Shown: piece by piece, positions 12,201 through 23,000 of the stretch
Position numbering within the stretch: position 1 is the first letter of the stretch
How the letters are laid out: each line of letters begins with the position of its first letter
Assembly: GCA_950097015.1 (NCBI GenBank)
Contig: CATNEN010000038.1
Coordinates: 15,066,001-15,130,000, forward strand
Origin: Macrostomum hystrix
Taxonomy: Eukaryota > Animalia > Platyhelminthes
Direction of reading: 5' to 3'
DNA length: 64,000 nt
Position numbers and translations under genes: made by a program
The notes under the pieces: model-generated
The model's database searches: none
What the model saw: only the letters and a program-made list of their open reading frames with translations
What the model was told of the DNA's origin: nothing

Positions 12201-15200
12201 CTCCTGACCACCTGGACCTTCTTGTGACAAAACGCCGCCAACTCCTTCAAGCGAGGAGTCGCAATCTAAGATGAAGAGCCCAGCTGACGGACTGAGGTCA
12301 GGGTACGCAAGGATTGGAGGCGCGCACAGATTTGCTTTCAGCTCTTCGAAAGCTTTGTCATGCTGCTCCAGCCAGCAGAATGTCGACGATCCTTTAGCTA
12401 GCGCATACAGCGGCGATGCGATCACGGAAAAACGTTGCACGAACTTTCTATAGTAGTTCGCGAATCCTAGGAACGCTAATAATTGCTTTTTATCTGATGG
12501 TTTGCACCAATTCTTTACCGCGTCGATCTTTGCTGGGTCGGCTTCAATTCCTTGAGCTGAAACAACGAAGCCTAAGAACCGAACGCGATCCTTGAAAAGC
12601 TCACATTTAGCTGGTTTAATTTTTAAGTTTGCCTTTTTAAGTTGCCAGAGGACAAGCGCCAAGTGGACGATCATTTCGTCATTGTCCCTGGCCTTTATGA
12701 TTATATCGTCAAGATAGATAAGACTCACGCGCATGAGTAAAGGCCTGAACACCCTGTGCATCAACTTGGCAAAGTTTGCCGGTGCTGTCTTGATGCCAAA
12801 GGGTACGACCTTCCATCGGAAAGTGCCCTGGGGGCATGAGAATTCTGTGATGTCTCGATCGCATTCGCGAATACCTACTTGCCAATAAGCTGCGGTGAGA
12901 TCTAAACTGGAAAATATTTTCGACTCTGCTAGGCTATCAAACGATTCTTCTATTAGTGGTAAAGGAAAGGTGCATGGCTTGATTACTTTGTTGACCTGTC
13001 GATAGTCAATACACAGGCGCTGGGAACCATCTTTTTTCCGAACTAAGACTATTGGAGAGGACCACTCAGAGTCGCACTCTTCAATGATTCCTTGATTGAC
13101 TAACTGGCTTATATGTTTGTCTAAAAATTCCTTCTGCGAGGGGGTCGTGCGCCTAGATGGCTGCCAGATAGGGCGGCAAGCCGACTCCTGCAGCTCAATT
13201 GTCATCTCATGTACATGTGTTTTTCCTAGGTCTGTTTCGCTAAGCGATATCTGACTACTAAAATAGTTCAGCAGCTTAAGTGTTACTGTCAGCTGGTTCT
13301 TCGATAGGGTGGTCTCATTGAGCTTAAACTGTGTAGTCAGCCAAGATGCTATTCCTGGGTCTGGGTCAGGGAGTTTTGCAAGCTTGGCTCCAAGATCTTC
13401 AGAGCTGCTGATGGAGAAATCTTTCTCAGATACAGGCGTGACAGAAATTGAATCCCCATGTTCAAGGCTCCTAAAAGAGGCGATTTCCTGCCCCATGGAG
13501 ATCGATGATGGCTGGTCACTACTGTTTAATAGGCGCACGAGTACATGGTTAGTGGTGCTTACACTGTCAACAGAGTGTGCTACGAACAGCTCTGAGTCCC
13601 GGCAGAAGAGTTTAGTGCCTAGAACACCCTGAGTACCAGGATCAGCACCTGAGACCCGGCTTGGCACCATAGTCTCTGACCTGGGGAGTAGCTGCACGTT
13701 GCAGGCGGCTGTGACTCTGCGTGCCTGGAAAACTCCCTTGTCACCTTCAATGACTGGTACAGGCTCTCCAGCTACAGTTACCTGACCATCAGCAACAAGC
13801 AAGTTAACGCTAAAACTTCTCATAAAGTCTATTCCTAACAGCAAATCTGAAACCTGACCTTCCGTTACCAGGAAAACGTGGGTCTGCTTCTTCTTTCCAA
13901 GTTTGACCTCACAGTGAAGCGTGCCCAAAATCTGTGACGAGGTTCCATTGAATGCTGTCGCGGCTTGGTATTGTCTAGCAGGGACAAATTTGTGATTTAT
14001 GGGATCATTTGCGATCAGCTGGTCCTTGATTTTAGTTCCAACGACACTAGCATTGCAACCTGAATCAAGGCAAGCGATGTACTTATCGTTACCTATTTCT
14101 AACTGCACGAACATGCTGGACTCGACTCTAGCCTCGTTAGTCAGCGTTTGATCACAACGGACAGGGAATGGATAGCGGCAGACTCCTATCGCCTTATCTC
14201 GGTTGTGAGCTGGGTCCGTTTGACGCCAGAACTGTACGATTGTGCCTACCAGTTGGCGCCGATTGGCTAACTGTTGTAGCTCATTGTCTAAGCTGGATTG
14301 ATGAAAGAAGATGGAGCCTGGTATTTGGCTTGGTTGGATGAAGCCAAATCCAGTCTTCAAAGCCGTGATGGTACCTGTCTCCATCACCTGACTCTGAGAA
14401 ACGATGGTGTTTGGTCTTCCACCACCTGTCCCGCCAAAGGGCAATGGCTGTGGGCAGTCCGCGGTATGATGATCACCAGCACCGCATCGGTTGCAGGACC
14501 TGCGCATCTTGCGAGATTGGTGACTTTTTTGGGTCCTATAACTATCCATTTTGTGTATCTGCGGTCCTTGGCCACAGGTAGAATTAAGATTTGCATGCCC
14601 TTTTAATTGGGACTCTGTCTGGAAGGCTGGCGAAGAAGCCTGATTTTGCTGAAGCAGTTTCTCTAGTTCACGAACACGGGCTTCCAGCTCTGCTGTTCTG
14701 TCAGGAGCTGCTGTCCTTACAACAAGAGGGACAGTTTCACCGGACAGGAGCTTCTTGACGCCTGCTATTTCCCTAGCCTTCTTTGCAAGATCTTCAGCTG
14801 TCCATGATGGGTTCTCTTGCCCAAGAAGTATCAGCCTTTCTGCAAGGGCCTTGTCTCGCAGCCCATAGCAGAACCTTGCTCGGACTAGAGGTTCAGCATC
14901 ACATTTTTTCCTGTTCGCTGTTTTCGACAGCCTTATCAACCTGTCAAAGAACTCTTGTGTGGATTCCAGATTTGTCTGAGTCGCGGCAGCTAGTTCTAAA
15001 AAGCTCTTATGTTCAGTTCCTGAGTCTGTGAATCGCTCTTTAAGCTTCATCAGAGCTGTCTGAATGGATTCATGGTGCAATGAGTTGTTGAATATGAATT
15101 CTTGGCACTCAGGTGCCAGCATGGACAGCAGGACTGCTGGTTGTTGTGGGGTTGGCACGTGGTGTGCATCAACATACGTTAGGAACTGTGTTTCCCAAAG

Positions 15201-15488
15201 CTCGAAATTCATTTCTGGTTGGAATGGTGGTGGTGGTCGCAGTTTAGGGCTTGAATTAGGGATTTTCTCAGCTGCTGTTGATGCTTCTCTGTCACACGTT
15301 TTTTCTAGTATCATAGTCAGAGTCTGGAGAACTTTTTGCAGTTCTAACTGGCCTACATTTACTTCAGGTGGCTTCACATCATTGTTCCCTCCTGGTGGAG
15401 CTGACTGAGTTTGGTTGTCTCCTGCCTGTAGGTTCACTTGAGCTCCAGCACCATCAGGCGGCAGTGCCTCGTCACCCTCTCCGATCAT
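9297..15488 (-). CDS. Gag-Pol polyprotein, 2063 aa: Gag, CCHC knuckle, cold-shock domain, protease, RT, RNase H, integrase, GPY/F
   Basis: CNRCGAGDHHTADC knuckle; LDSG protease; YLDDII RT; DCDSS/ELLG/SDAAAL/NADVLSR RNase H; HHCC plus ADHAGP/SDNG/AERTV integrase; WLGPY; uninterrupted ORF. Confidence 0.97.
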   Translation of the reverse strand: MIGEGDEALPPDGAGAQVNLQAGDNQTQSAPPGGNNDVKPPEVNVGQLELQKVLQTLTMILEKTCDREASTAAEKIPNSSPKLRPPPPFQPEMNFELWETQFLTYVDAHHVPTPQQPAVLLSMLAPECQEFIFNNSLHHESIQTALMKLKERFTDSGTEHKSFLELAAATQTNLESTQEFFDRLIRLSKTANRKKCDAEPLVRARFCYGLRDKALAERLILLGQENPSWTAEDLAKKAREIAGVKKLLSGETVPLVVRTAAPDRTAELEARVRELEKLLQQNQASSPAFQTESQLKGHANLNSTCGQGPQIHKMDSYRTQKSHQSRKMRRSCNRCGAGDHHTADCPQPLPFGGTGGGRPNTIVSQSQVMETGTITALKTGFGFIQPSQIPGSIFFHQSSLDNELQQLANRRQLVGTIVQFWRQTDPAHNRDKAIGVCRYPFPVRCDQTLTNEARVESSMFVQLEIGNDKYIACLDSGCNASVVGTKIKDQLIANDPINHKFVPARQYQAATAFNGTSSQILGTLHCEVKLGKKKQTHVFLVTEGQVSDLLLGIDFMRSFSVNLLVADGQVTVAGEPVPVIEGDKGVFQARRVTAACNVQLLPRSETMVPSRVSGADPGTQGVLGTKLFCRDSELFVAHSVDSVSTTNHVLVRLLNSSDQPSSISMGQEIASFRSLEHGDSISVTPVSEKDFSISSSEDLGAKLAKLPDPDPGIASWLTTQFKLNETTLSKNQLTVTLKLLNYFSSQISLSETDLGKTHVHEMTIELQESACRPIWQPSRRTTPSQKEFLDKHISQLVNQGIIEECDSEWSSPIVLVRKKDGSQRLCIDYRQVNKVIKPCTFPLPLIEESFDSLAESKIFSSLDLTAAYWQVGIRECDRDITEFSCPQGTFRWKVVPFGIKTAPANFAKLMHRVFRPLLMRVSLIYLDDIIIKARDNDEMIVHLALVLWQLKKANLKIKPAKCELFKDRVRFLGFVVSAQGIEADPAKIDAVKNWCKPSDKKQLLAFLGFANYYRKFVQRFSVIASPLYALAKGSSTFCWLEQHDKAFEELKANLCAPPILAYPDLSPSAGLFILDCDSSLEGVGGVLSQEGPGGQEHVVAYASKKFTQSQRNYCATMRELLGLVIMLEHFRTYLLDRKFLVRSDAAALQWLHTKKHSTGMLAQWLATIEVYDFSVSQTPLERLAEYDFSVEHRAGVKHVNADVLSRNPRFRADHHDCPTCSQIEAFNEKFRSLEGQENQKDQEFVQVPVQLRATRTDTSSQTEPPPELCKTQPQSGSDSVVTKTEVTARDRHEADAEMMTTETQTEQPNVISRTSHIPVQQDSTCTLPSSATVLSYQPNEVSENQFALAPISQMSGEIGFNQGQHASRAGQVEQLEEDSDEDEMSQEAENIWARDAQESSTDLVRLIEAVAGKSPKLKKEEVQDCSREIRTLWAMFDELEVVDGLLIRIKPAKQGQIAKRLVIIPETADIDELVSCYHREINHCGTGKTVRALKQRFQITNLEVFVKGVIAECEICSRTKKSKRLNKEPLKPIQSGYPNQIVHADHAGPFPELDGSRYLLILVDNFSGFVEIIPVSDVSAETTATAILTEWVVRYGAMESLISDNGTAFVNKTIAELARLLEVDLSRITARRPQANGKAERTVQTIKAQIRAVCLEKRINWPFAAQLVGLSIRSTTAESTGWTPARLFFGRELTLPLDLKFNPPRQDRYNPDSYAHRLHKLLVEVSAIARQVRGKAQQRQKRNYDRNAIHSNFEIGELVWVLNPDHRGLDTAVWLGPYKVVQKISERNYRLIPEFARVNPLCQAPNPNHNIYNVDRIKRCIRKQTYQDVVDRFGLRVPAMIPPSRLGLLDDQSVGRADPSPGTTSESEEYHPCEKRASEISYSSEDEVRCPSYAAVSVVSARTEPPEPRRASSPEPQHILPTDPPRVTSPDSRRTLPPDSPPEALETSLVVMRPDEVPEVGAEVQILAEQGFEPQVIHSNSTIAAVNESISSKGLGDTRPGASLNEDAVESSGAGQQAEDLVAPSEPASAGSTLSPVMTTRSGRQVRKPQRFLSRVVRFCTRR

Positions 15489-16057
15489 TTAGAGAAGCGG
15501 AATGAGAATATGAAAAGAGGAGATGGAAGGTTAAAGGTGAAGGCAGACACAGAATTGTCTGGCAGAGAAAGAGGCCCCTAATCAAATTCTTGGAAACGCT
15601 GGCGAACGACCAAAATTTTATGTGCTAAACTCTGCCAGACGGGCCCTATACAAAAAATTATTTCTAAGCCTAAAAACGAGACAGCCTCACCAAGCCAGTA
15701 CTGCCAGTGCCGCGGCGTGTTGAGCTCGTGGGGGTGTTGTCGCTCTGGCTGAGGACGTACAATTAACGTTGGACTTGCGGTCGGCCACTGGTTAGGTCGT
15801 CTCTGATTGGTTGGCAGGTAATCAGCCAATTAGGTTGCTCCGACTTCTAACTTCTAGAGAGTATTCCAAACTAGGCAGTCACAGCTAGGCAAACAGGCAA
15901 CTATGACGGTGCATATGCCCTTTAAGTCGGCACTTGCTGTTGGTCAGGGTTAGACGCCGATGTTGATGTGTAGTCAGTAGCAGTGTAGAAGTGTAGCAGT
16001 GTAGCGGTAGCGGTAGCAATTTTGTTCTTGTCTTCGAGGTGGGACCCTCCAAATTTA

Positions 16058-16375
16058 TGTGACGAATAGAGGTTAGTGTAGCGGTAATATCGTCGAATTA
16101 TATTTGATATCAATAAGTGTGTATATATATATTTCCAAAGTAATATTGATGCTCACACGCTCGACACAAGGCACGGTAGAGCAGAAAAATATACATACGT
16201 TGCTTTTTAAAAAGGACAGCTAATTCTTAGAATGATACAATATAACAATAATTAGTAAACATGCTTAGCATATAAATAATAATCTTGTCAGCAACTTGTA
16301 ATGTAGCGAATTACTATAAAATAAAGAAGCAATTAAACTACCAATTAAACTACAATTAAAGGTTACACCGTCACA
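16058..16375 (-). repeat. 5' LTR
   Basis: Direct repeat of 7721-8038, followed on the minus strand by a PBS-like site resembling the complement of a tRNA-Gln 3' end (1-nt bulge). Confidence 0.95.
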
Positions 16376-16569
16376 TTGGGCCTGCCTCCGAAATATTTCA
16401 CGAGGCGGCAAACGTGCATATTTTGATCATCTGTCAAAGCCATCCAACAATAGACTAGAATTCTGTTAGTAATCAAGAAATTTTGCTAAAAATATATTAT
16501 ATTGTAATTGTTTCTCTAAACAGTGTCTGTTAAATTCCAGTCTTGTCACTGACTTGTCTATTTAGCCTA

Positions 16570-17060
16570 TTTAGGACCCACTTCTCTGATGTTAAGGAGT
16601 TGTCAAAGTACTGTTGTACCAATTTCTCAGATCAACTCAGATCCTGTGATTTGGATCAAAGGAGACAGGTATTCATCACAGATTCCGAGTACTGGGACAT
16701 CCTTTTTCAACAGGATGAGCAGCTGGTTTTTATCACTTTTTTTCTTTGCCTCAGAGGGCATTCTGGCATAGCAAGAACACAATGCACTCAATTTATTTTT
16801 CAAGACACTTCCTCCAACATGCCAAATTAGCAGCAGATTGATTAGCCAGCTGTGAGTTGATTGGCTTCTGCCTTTCACTGAGCAGCTTAAAGCATGCTTC
16901 CCAGTGATAGAGATGACTCATGCTTGTTGAAAGACTCTTTGGCCTCCTTCCAGTTGTTGAGCCTGTCCTATATATAGGCAGGGTCTTTGCTCTTGCTCAT
17001 GGTTATTTTTTGTGCTGCTCCTGTTGTCTGATGTTGTCTGACAGAACACTTTTCCAGTTG
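16570..17060 (-). pseudogene. Degenerate hAT (Tip100/ZMYM1-like, DUF4371-type) transposase fragment
   Basis: Stop- and frameshift-ridden motifs LNNWKEAKESFNKHE, IECIVFL..., NQLLILLKKDVP and YLSPLIQ...ELI resemble the TTF-zinc-finger/DUF4371 region. Confidence 0.6.
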
Positions 17061-17126
17061 TTGCACACACACTAAACCAGCTATACTGGCTGTATCACTC
17101 TATGCTGACTGTGTAAGAGCGGCCAC

Positions 17127-17357
17127 CAGTGGTGGCGCAGGACCTCCAGCTGGGGGGGCGGTGTTTGGGTGGTCACCCCCCTGGCCACCAAAAAAAAGGT
17201 CTCAGGTGACCACCCCATGCCCCATGGGGTGACCACACTTGAAGAAATATGGTAAAGTACCAATTTTTTTAAAGTGGTCGGTCACCCCCTGAGGGTGGTG
17301 AGGGGTGGTCACCCGGGGGCAGCCCGCCCCCCCCCCTCCCCCCCTGCGCCGCCACTG
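17127..17357. mobile_element. hAT-type MITE
   Basis: TIRs cagtggtggcgcagg/cctgcgccgccactg; 8-bp TSD gcggccac/gtggccac. Confidence 0.8.
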
Positions 17358-17923
17358 GTGGCCACCTTGAAGACAAGACATTTTTTCTCAGTGTCCATTT
17401 CATGTGGCTGGTATGTCACATCTAATGTGCAGCATGGTAACAAGCAGGACAAGCCAAGGCGAGATTCAACTGAAGCCATAAAATGAGAAAAAAGAAGTGT
17501 CATAGGCCTATTGACAATTCACATTATGATATACAACTAAAGAAAATAAAGACTGAGAAGAAGAATTAATCCCCTGTTCTTAATCTTCCTCACCTAAATC
17601 CTCTGAAAGCATTTCATTAGTGGTAGCACATAGAGTTGTTTGCTGTTCAGTTGGTTGCATTTGCTCTTGTAGTTTAGTAAGCAGAGTAGCACCCATGGGT
17701 TTAGCAAGCAGTGTAGAAACATAAGCACCTAGAGGCTCAGCTGGCATATTAGCACGTGGATATGGATTCCCAGATGCAGGTGGGAATTTTGCAGTTGCAG
17801 TTTTGCAGTTGCAGTTTCTGCAACTGCAATTTCGCAGTTGCAGTTCAGTTAAATTGGATTATGACTTTGTAAAAAAGTTTAATATATCAGTTTTTGTTCT
17901 TTTTATTGTTGCTGATTGCTGTA

Positions 17924-18191
17924 CATACATGCGCAACACCCGGCCGACCCGGGTGAAACAAGGGCCAAGCAAGGTAAGTCGCAAAAACCAATCGACCAAG
18001 TGCAAAAAAATCAAAGGGGGGACCAAGGGACAAAAAAGGAAGGCGTGAAGAAAAGGAAAAAGGGGAGAGAAAAAGAGAGCAAATGAGAGCAAACTAAGTC
18101 ATAAATAGAGCAATGAAACGAACTAAGTCGCAAATGAGAGCAAAAACTAAGTTGCACGGCCGGCTAAGATTTGGGAGGTGGCGCATGTATG
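17924..18191. mobile_element. hAT-type MITE
   Basis: TIRs catacatgcgc/gcgcatgtatg; perfect 8-bp TSD ttgctgta. Confidence 0.8.
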
Positions 18192-18701
18192 TTGCTGTAA
18201 TACTAATATTAAATAGGTTAAATTTTACTAACTTTGTAAAAAGTTTCATATATCAGTTTTGTTCTTTTTATTGTAGCTGGTTGCTGTAATGCTAATACTA
18301 AAGTGATATTAGCAGTAAGATGATAGATTAGATGTAGCTAGATGTACAAGAAATAGACATGCTGAAATATACTGATATACTTTGTACTAATGTAGTCCTA
18401 GCTAGTCCTAGATACTTGAAATTATTCTTGAAAGGATATCTTGAAATACAATTGTTGAATTTATTGTGATATATTTAAAATGAAAATTGAAATAAAATTT
18501 ATATTTTCAAACAGTTCCAAAGTTACCAAAACTTCATATTTAGCTTTATTATAAGCCTGATATATGTACATAATACAAAGCAGCCAGAGCAAAAAATGTG
18601 TAAAATGTATACATTTTTATTTAAAATGTGGGGGGCCATGGCCCCACTGTCCCCCATTCCTATGCCTATGCCATCCTTGAACAATAGGCCTAATATTTTA
18701 G

Positions 18702-19526
18702 TATTGGTTTTGACAATCAATATGAGAAGATGGACAATCAAAATGAAGACAGTCATAGATCTGCATGCAGCAGCTCAGCTCAGCTTCGCAGCAGCTGCGG
18801 CTTAGGCCACATACTTTTTTGACGATCGAAATGAGAATTGGACAATCAAACTGGCAACAGGAGCAGTATGCACGTTTATTTGAACAAAAACTTAACATTA
18901 AAATGTATAAATTAAAAAAAAGTTAAAATTTAACAATAGAAACAAGAAATCAACAACAGAAATGGCAACACAGCCTCTAACAGTCAGAAAAAAAGATGGA
19001 AACACAGCAGTCCAGCAGCATGGGTTCTGAACTCCTGCCCAGCAAGGCAGCATCCAAGCTGACGGAAGCAGCGCAATTCCCACGCAGCTGCCTTATACGG
19101 AGTCACGGCTTCAGGCAGTGACTCACGCGCCACTCTCTCCAGCAGCATGTAACGCCACTCTTCCTGGTTCAAGCCTTCTGGGGCAACTGCCTCTTCCTCA
19201 ACGATGTCAGGCTGCGCCAGTCTGCTTTTGATCTTTGCCTTGCGTACTACAGATGTTGCGGAATGCGCGCTGCTCGATGGAAATGCAGACCGTCCATTAC
19301 AACAAACCACGACAAGCCTGGCGATTCTATTCTTTCCTCCATGGTGCTGCCTCGCTACACTAACCGAGCGTTGCCATTTTGATTGTCCAATTCTCATTTC
19401 GATCGTCAAAAAAGTCTGTGGCCTAAGCTGCAGCTGCTGCGAAGCTGAGCTGAGCTGCTGCATGCAGATCTATGGCTGTCTTCATTTTGATTGTCCATCT
19501 TCTCATATTGATTGTCAAAACCAATA
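18702..19526. mobile_element. Non-autonomous DNA element with about 157-bp terminal inverted repeats
   Basis: 18702-18858 is the near-perfect reverse complement of 19370-19526; TA at both ends. Confidence 0.85.
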
Positions 19527-20001
19527 AAAGTGGCATTCAAATTAGACAATAGGTCCAGATAGAGTTGTGAAACATAGGTACAGAGAGACAAAAATATAGA
19601 TTTACTATAAACATGGCAATAGAGATTAGGCCCTAATGTTGTAAGCTAGGCCAAATATCACAAATTTACAAAACAAAGAAATTTGTTGACTGAGATAACA
19701 AAAAGTATTTAGTAAACCCTTATATAAGGAAAATTGTCAGTTTCCATAGTGCATTCAATGTATGTAAGTTTCCCTCATATTGTGCCATCAAGTAGTTTAC
19801 ATTTATTGTTTATAAACCTTTGCTAGGCCTATTCTAGGAAACCTAACTAATTAAAGGTATTCTATAGACCAGACCAGACCTTTAGATTAAGCCAGATTAA
19901 CCCTGTTATATCTTCATGCAGCTGATTAAAGCCATTTCAGCTTTTTTGGAACAACTCACACACTTGGCTAAATTCGTGCAAAAAAATACATAAATAGTAA
20001 G

Positions 20002-23000
20002 ATGGCGTCATCAGGTCAAGCGCCTGGTCAAACTATGGACCTATCCAATCAAGGTCTTCGCCAATTAGTCCTGCCATCTGATGCGCATCCTGTTACACTA
20101 ATTCTTGATAAGAATGAACTGAAGCGAATCGAGAATTTGGAAGGCAAACAAGACTTGAAGCAGGTTGGCTTTTTAATCCTTGATACTTGAATAATTAAAT
20201 TTGTTAACAATATTAATCCTTTCAGTGATGAAACCTTGATCCCTAGGTCTGCAATCTAGTTGCAATTATGATTGCTCCTTTGTTGCAACATAAATGTCCC
20301 TCTTTACCACTAGGTTACCACTGTCTACCACTAGGTTGCCACTGTCTACCACTAGGTTGCCCCTCTTTACCACTAGGTTACCACTGTCTACCACTAGGTT
20401 GCCACTGTCTACCACTAGGTTGCCCCTCTTTACCACTAGGTTACCACTGTCTACCACTAGGTTGCCCCTGTTTACCACTAGGTTACCACTGTCTACCACT
20501 AGGTTGCCCCTGTTTACGGCTAGGTTGCCCCTCTTTACCACTCGGTTACCACTGTCTACCACTAGGTTGCCCCTCTTTACCACTAGGTTACCACTGTCTA
20601 CCACTAGGTTGCCCCTCTTTACCACTAGGTTACCACTGTCTACCACTAGGTTGCCCCTCTTTACCACTAGGTTACCACTGTCTACCACTAGGTTGCCCCT
20701 GTTTACGGCTAGGTTGCCCCTCTTTAGCAATTATTGTCCCTGTCTACTTCTTATTTGTCCTCAGTTGCCTTAGTGTTTTCATTCTTGATTACCTGATAAT
20801 CTTCAATAGGAACGTCGCTAATGTCCTTCCATTTTTCAATGTATTTTTTTCTAAACAGCTCTCTATAGCCAGCAATCGCATTGTGAGCATGTCTGGCGTG
20901 CTTCATTTGGCCAACCTTACTGTACTAAATCTGCCCAACAACGATTTATCAGCCATCGAGGGTACAAGGAATTTAACCAAGCTAACTTGGCTTAATTTGT
21001 CCGCTAATAGGATACGGGTTAGTCCTGTTTAGTTATTATTTTGTGCTATAATTAGTTCATATAGATGTACTTTCATTCGGTATGCCTTCAATTATATTCT
21101 GCAGAGCATCGAGAATCTCATGCGTACTATTAACTTGCGCCACCTCGACCTGTCGGACAATCAGATTACTGCACTGACCGATTTGTCGCATTTAAAATCG
21201 CTCAGAGTAAGTTTGAAAAAAAATCCAATAAAAATCAACAATTGAGCCCTTTATCTTCTATTGTTTTATAATTTATTTTAGACACTTCTACTACATGGCA
21301 ATCGCTTAGTAACGCTGCGACGAATGCCGCAATATTTGCCGGCGTCGATTACAATACTGTCACTGGCCGAGAATCTCATCGACGATCTAACTGATGTAAG
21401 TTGAGAGAAAATTAACAAATTAACAGTAGGACTACCAAGCCATTTTGCTGCCTGTTTTTATACCAAGGGGCGGAATCCGCCTAGAAATTTTTTTAACAGC
21501 GCCCGAACGCTAACAGCGTTGGTTGGTGACTGATTGGTTGACAGACTAGGCCAGGGGTAGGCAAACTTATTTGCTGGCGGGCCAAAGAGCGAACCTAAAA
21601 GACGACAGCGGGCCGCATTGACTGTATAAATATGAGATTGGGGAGAGATGAGACACGGGAGAGATGAGACACAGAAAGATGATACAAGGGAGAGATTAGT
21701 CACGGGAGAGATGAGACACGGGTGAGATTAGACACGAGAGCGATAGGACACAGGAGAGATTAGACACGGGAGAGATGAGACACAGGAGAGATTAAATACG
21801 GGAGAGATTAGACACAGGAGAGATTAGATACGGGAGAGATTAGACACAGGAAAGATTAGACACGGGAGAGATTAGACACAGGAGAGATTAGACACAGGAG
21901 AGACTAGACACGGGAGAGATAAGACAGGGGAGAGATTAGACAGGGGAGAGATGAGACACGGGAGAGATAAGACATGGAAGAGATGAGACACAGGAGAGAT
22001 TAGACACGGGAGAGATAAGACAGGGGAGAGATTAGACAGGGGAGAGATGAGACACGGGAGAGATAAGACATGGAAGAGATGAGACACGGAAGAGATTAGA
22101 CACGAGAGAGATGAAACAGGACACTGTAGATGTCAGAAAGGGCAACAGGCCGGATTTGGGAGCTTCGAGGGCCGCATCTGGCCCGCGGGCCGGAGTTTGC
22201 CGACCCCTGGACTAGGCGATGGTGTCCTGTGTTTGAGCTGCGCCTAATATTTAGGCTTGATCTGTGAAATTGGAGAAAATCGCGTCAGGTTGTAGGTAGT
22301 GGCCTATTTCTGCCTGTTGTAGCCCTTGAAGGTCCAGTAGCTCCGTTTAGATAAAGGTAGGTGACCACCGAAGACGGAGATGATGCAGGCACATTCGAGT
22401 GACATTCAGATAAATATTGAATGCCTGGCAAGGCAGCACTGAGGCGCAGTGCTAATTCGTGTATAGGTGTGTATGATATACACTAGCGCTTATGGTAAAA
22501 ATCTGACCTTCAAAAAAACAATTGAATATCTCGACGGTCTGAAGAGCTGGCGACTTGATTCTTGTTTCAGAAAATGCGCAACAAAAAAGTTGGCCCGTGT
22601 TCCGTGTGCTTGCAATACTCCGTTCGGGTGCAGATCAAATAATTGTCAGGGGGGAATTCCCCCCCCCTTGGTAGTTCTACTCTTAATATTCAGCTCAGGC
22701 TTTGATTGTTCTAGTTTTCTTCATATCTTTCAGATGTCCAACCTTGCTCACCTGAAGAAGTTGGAGCAGCTTTCCGTAAAAAATAATCCTTGCGTTGAGG
22801 CCCTACCAGAATGGTGAGTTTAGATTCGCAGTTTCTATGGGAGTGATTGAAGGTTGCTATGGGAACGGTTGAGGGTTGCTATGGGGCTTATTGAAGGTTG
22901 CAATGGTAATGGTTGAGGGTTGCTATGGGAATTATTGAAGGTTGCAATGGGAATGATTAAAGGTTGCTATGGGGATGATTGAAGATTGCTATAGGAATGA

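Larger units (their letters stand above)
7721..16375 (-). mobile_element. Full-length Ty3/Gypsy LTR retrotransposon
   Basis: 318-bp TG..CA LTRs at 7721-8038 and 16058-16375; 4-bp TSD TTGG (7717-7720 and 16376-16379); PPT at 8039-8053; PBS-like TGGAGGGTCCCACC next to the 5' LTR; gag-pol order PR-RT-RH-IN. Confidence 0.97.

Noticed and set aside
9389-15408. Antisense and alternative-frame ORFs within the Gypsy polyprotein
   Set aside because: Shadow ORFs with no recognisable domains.
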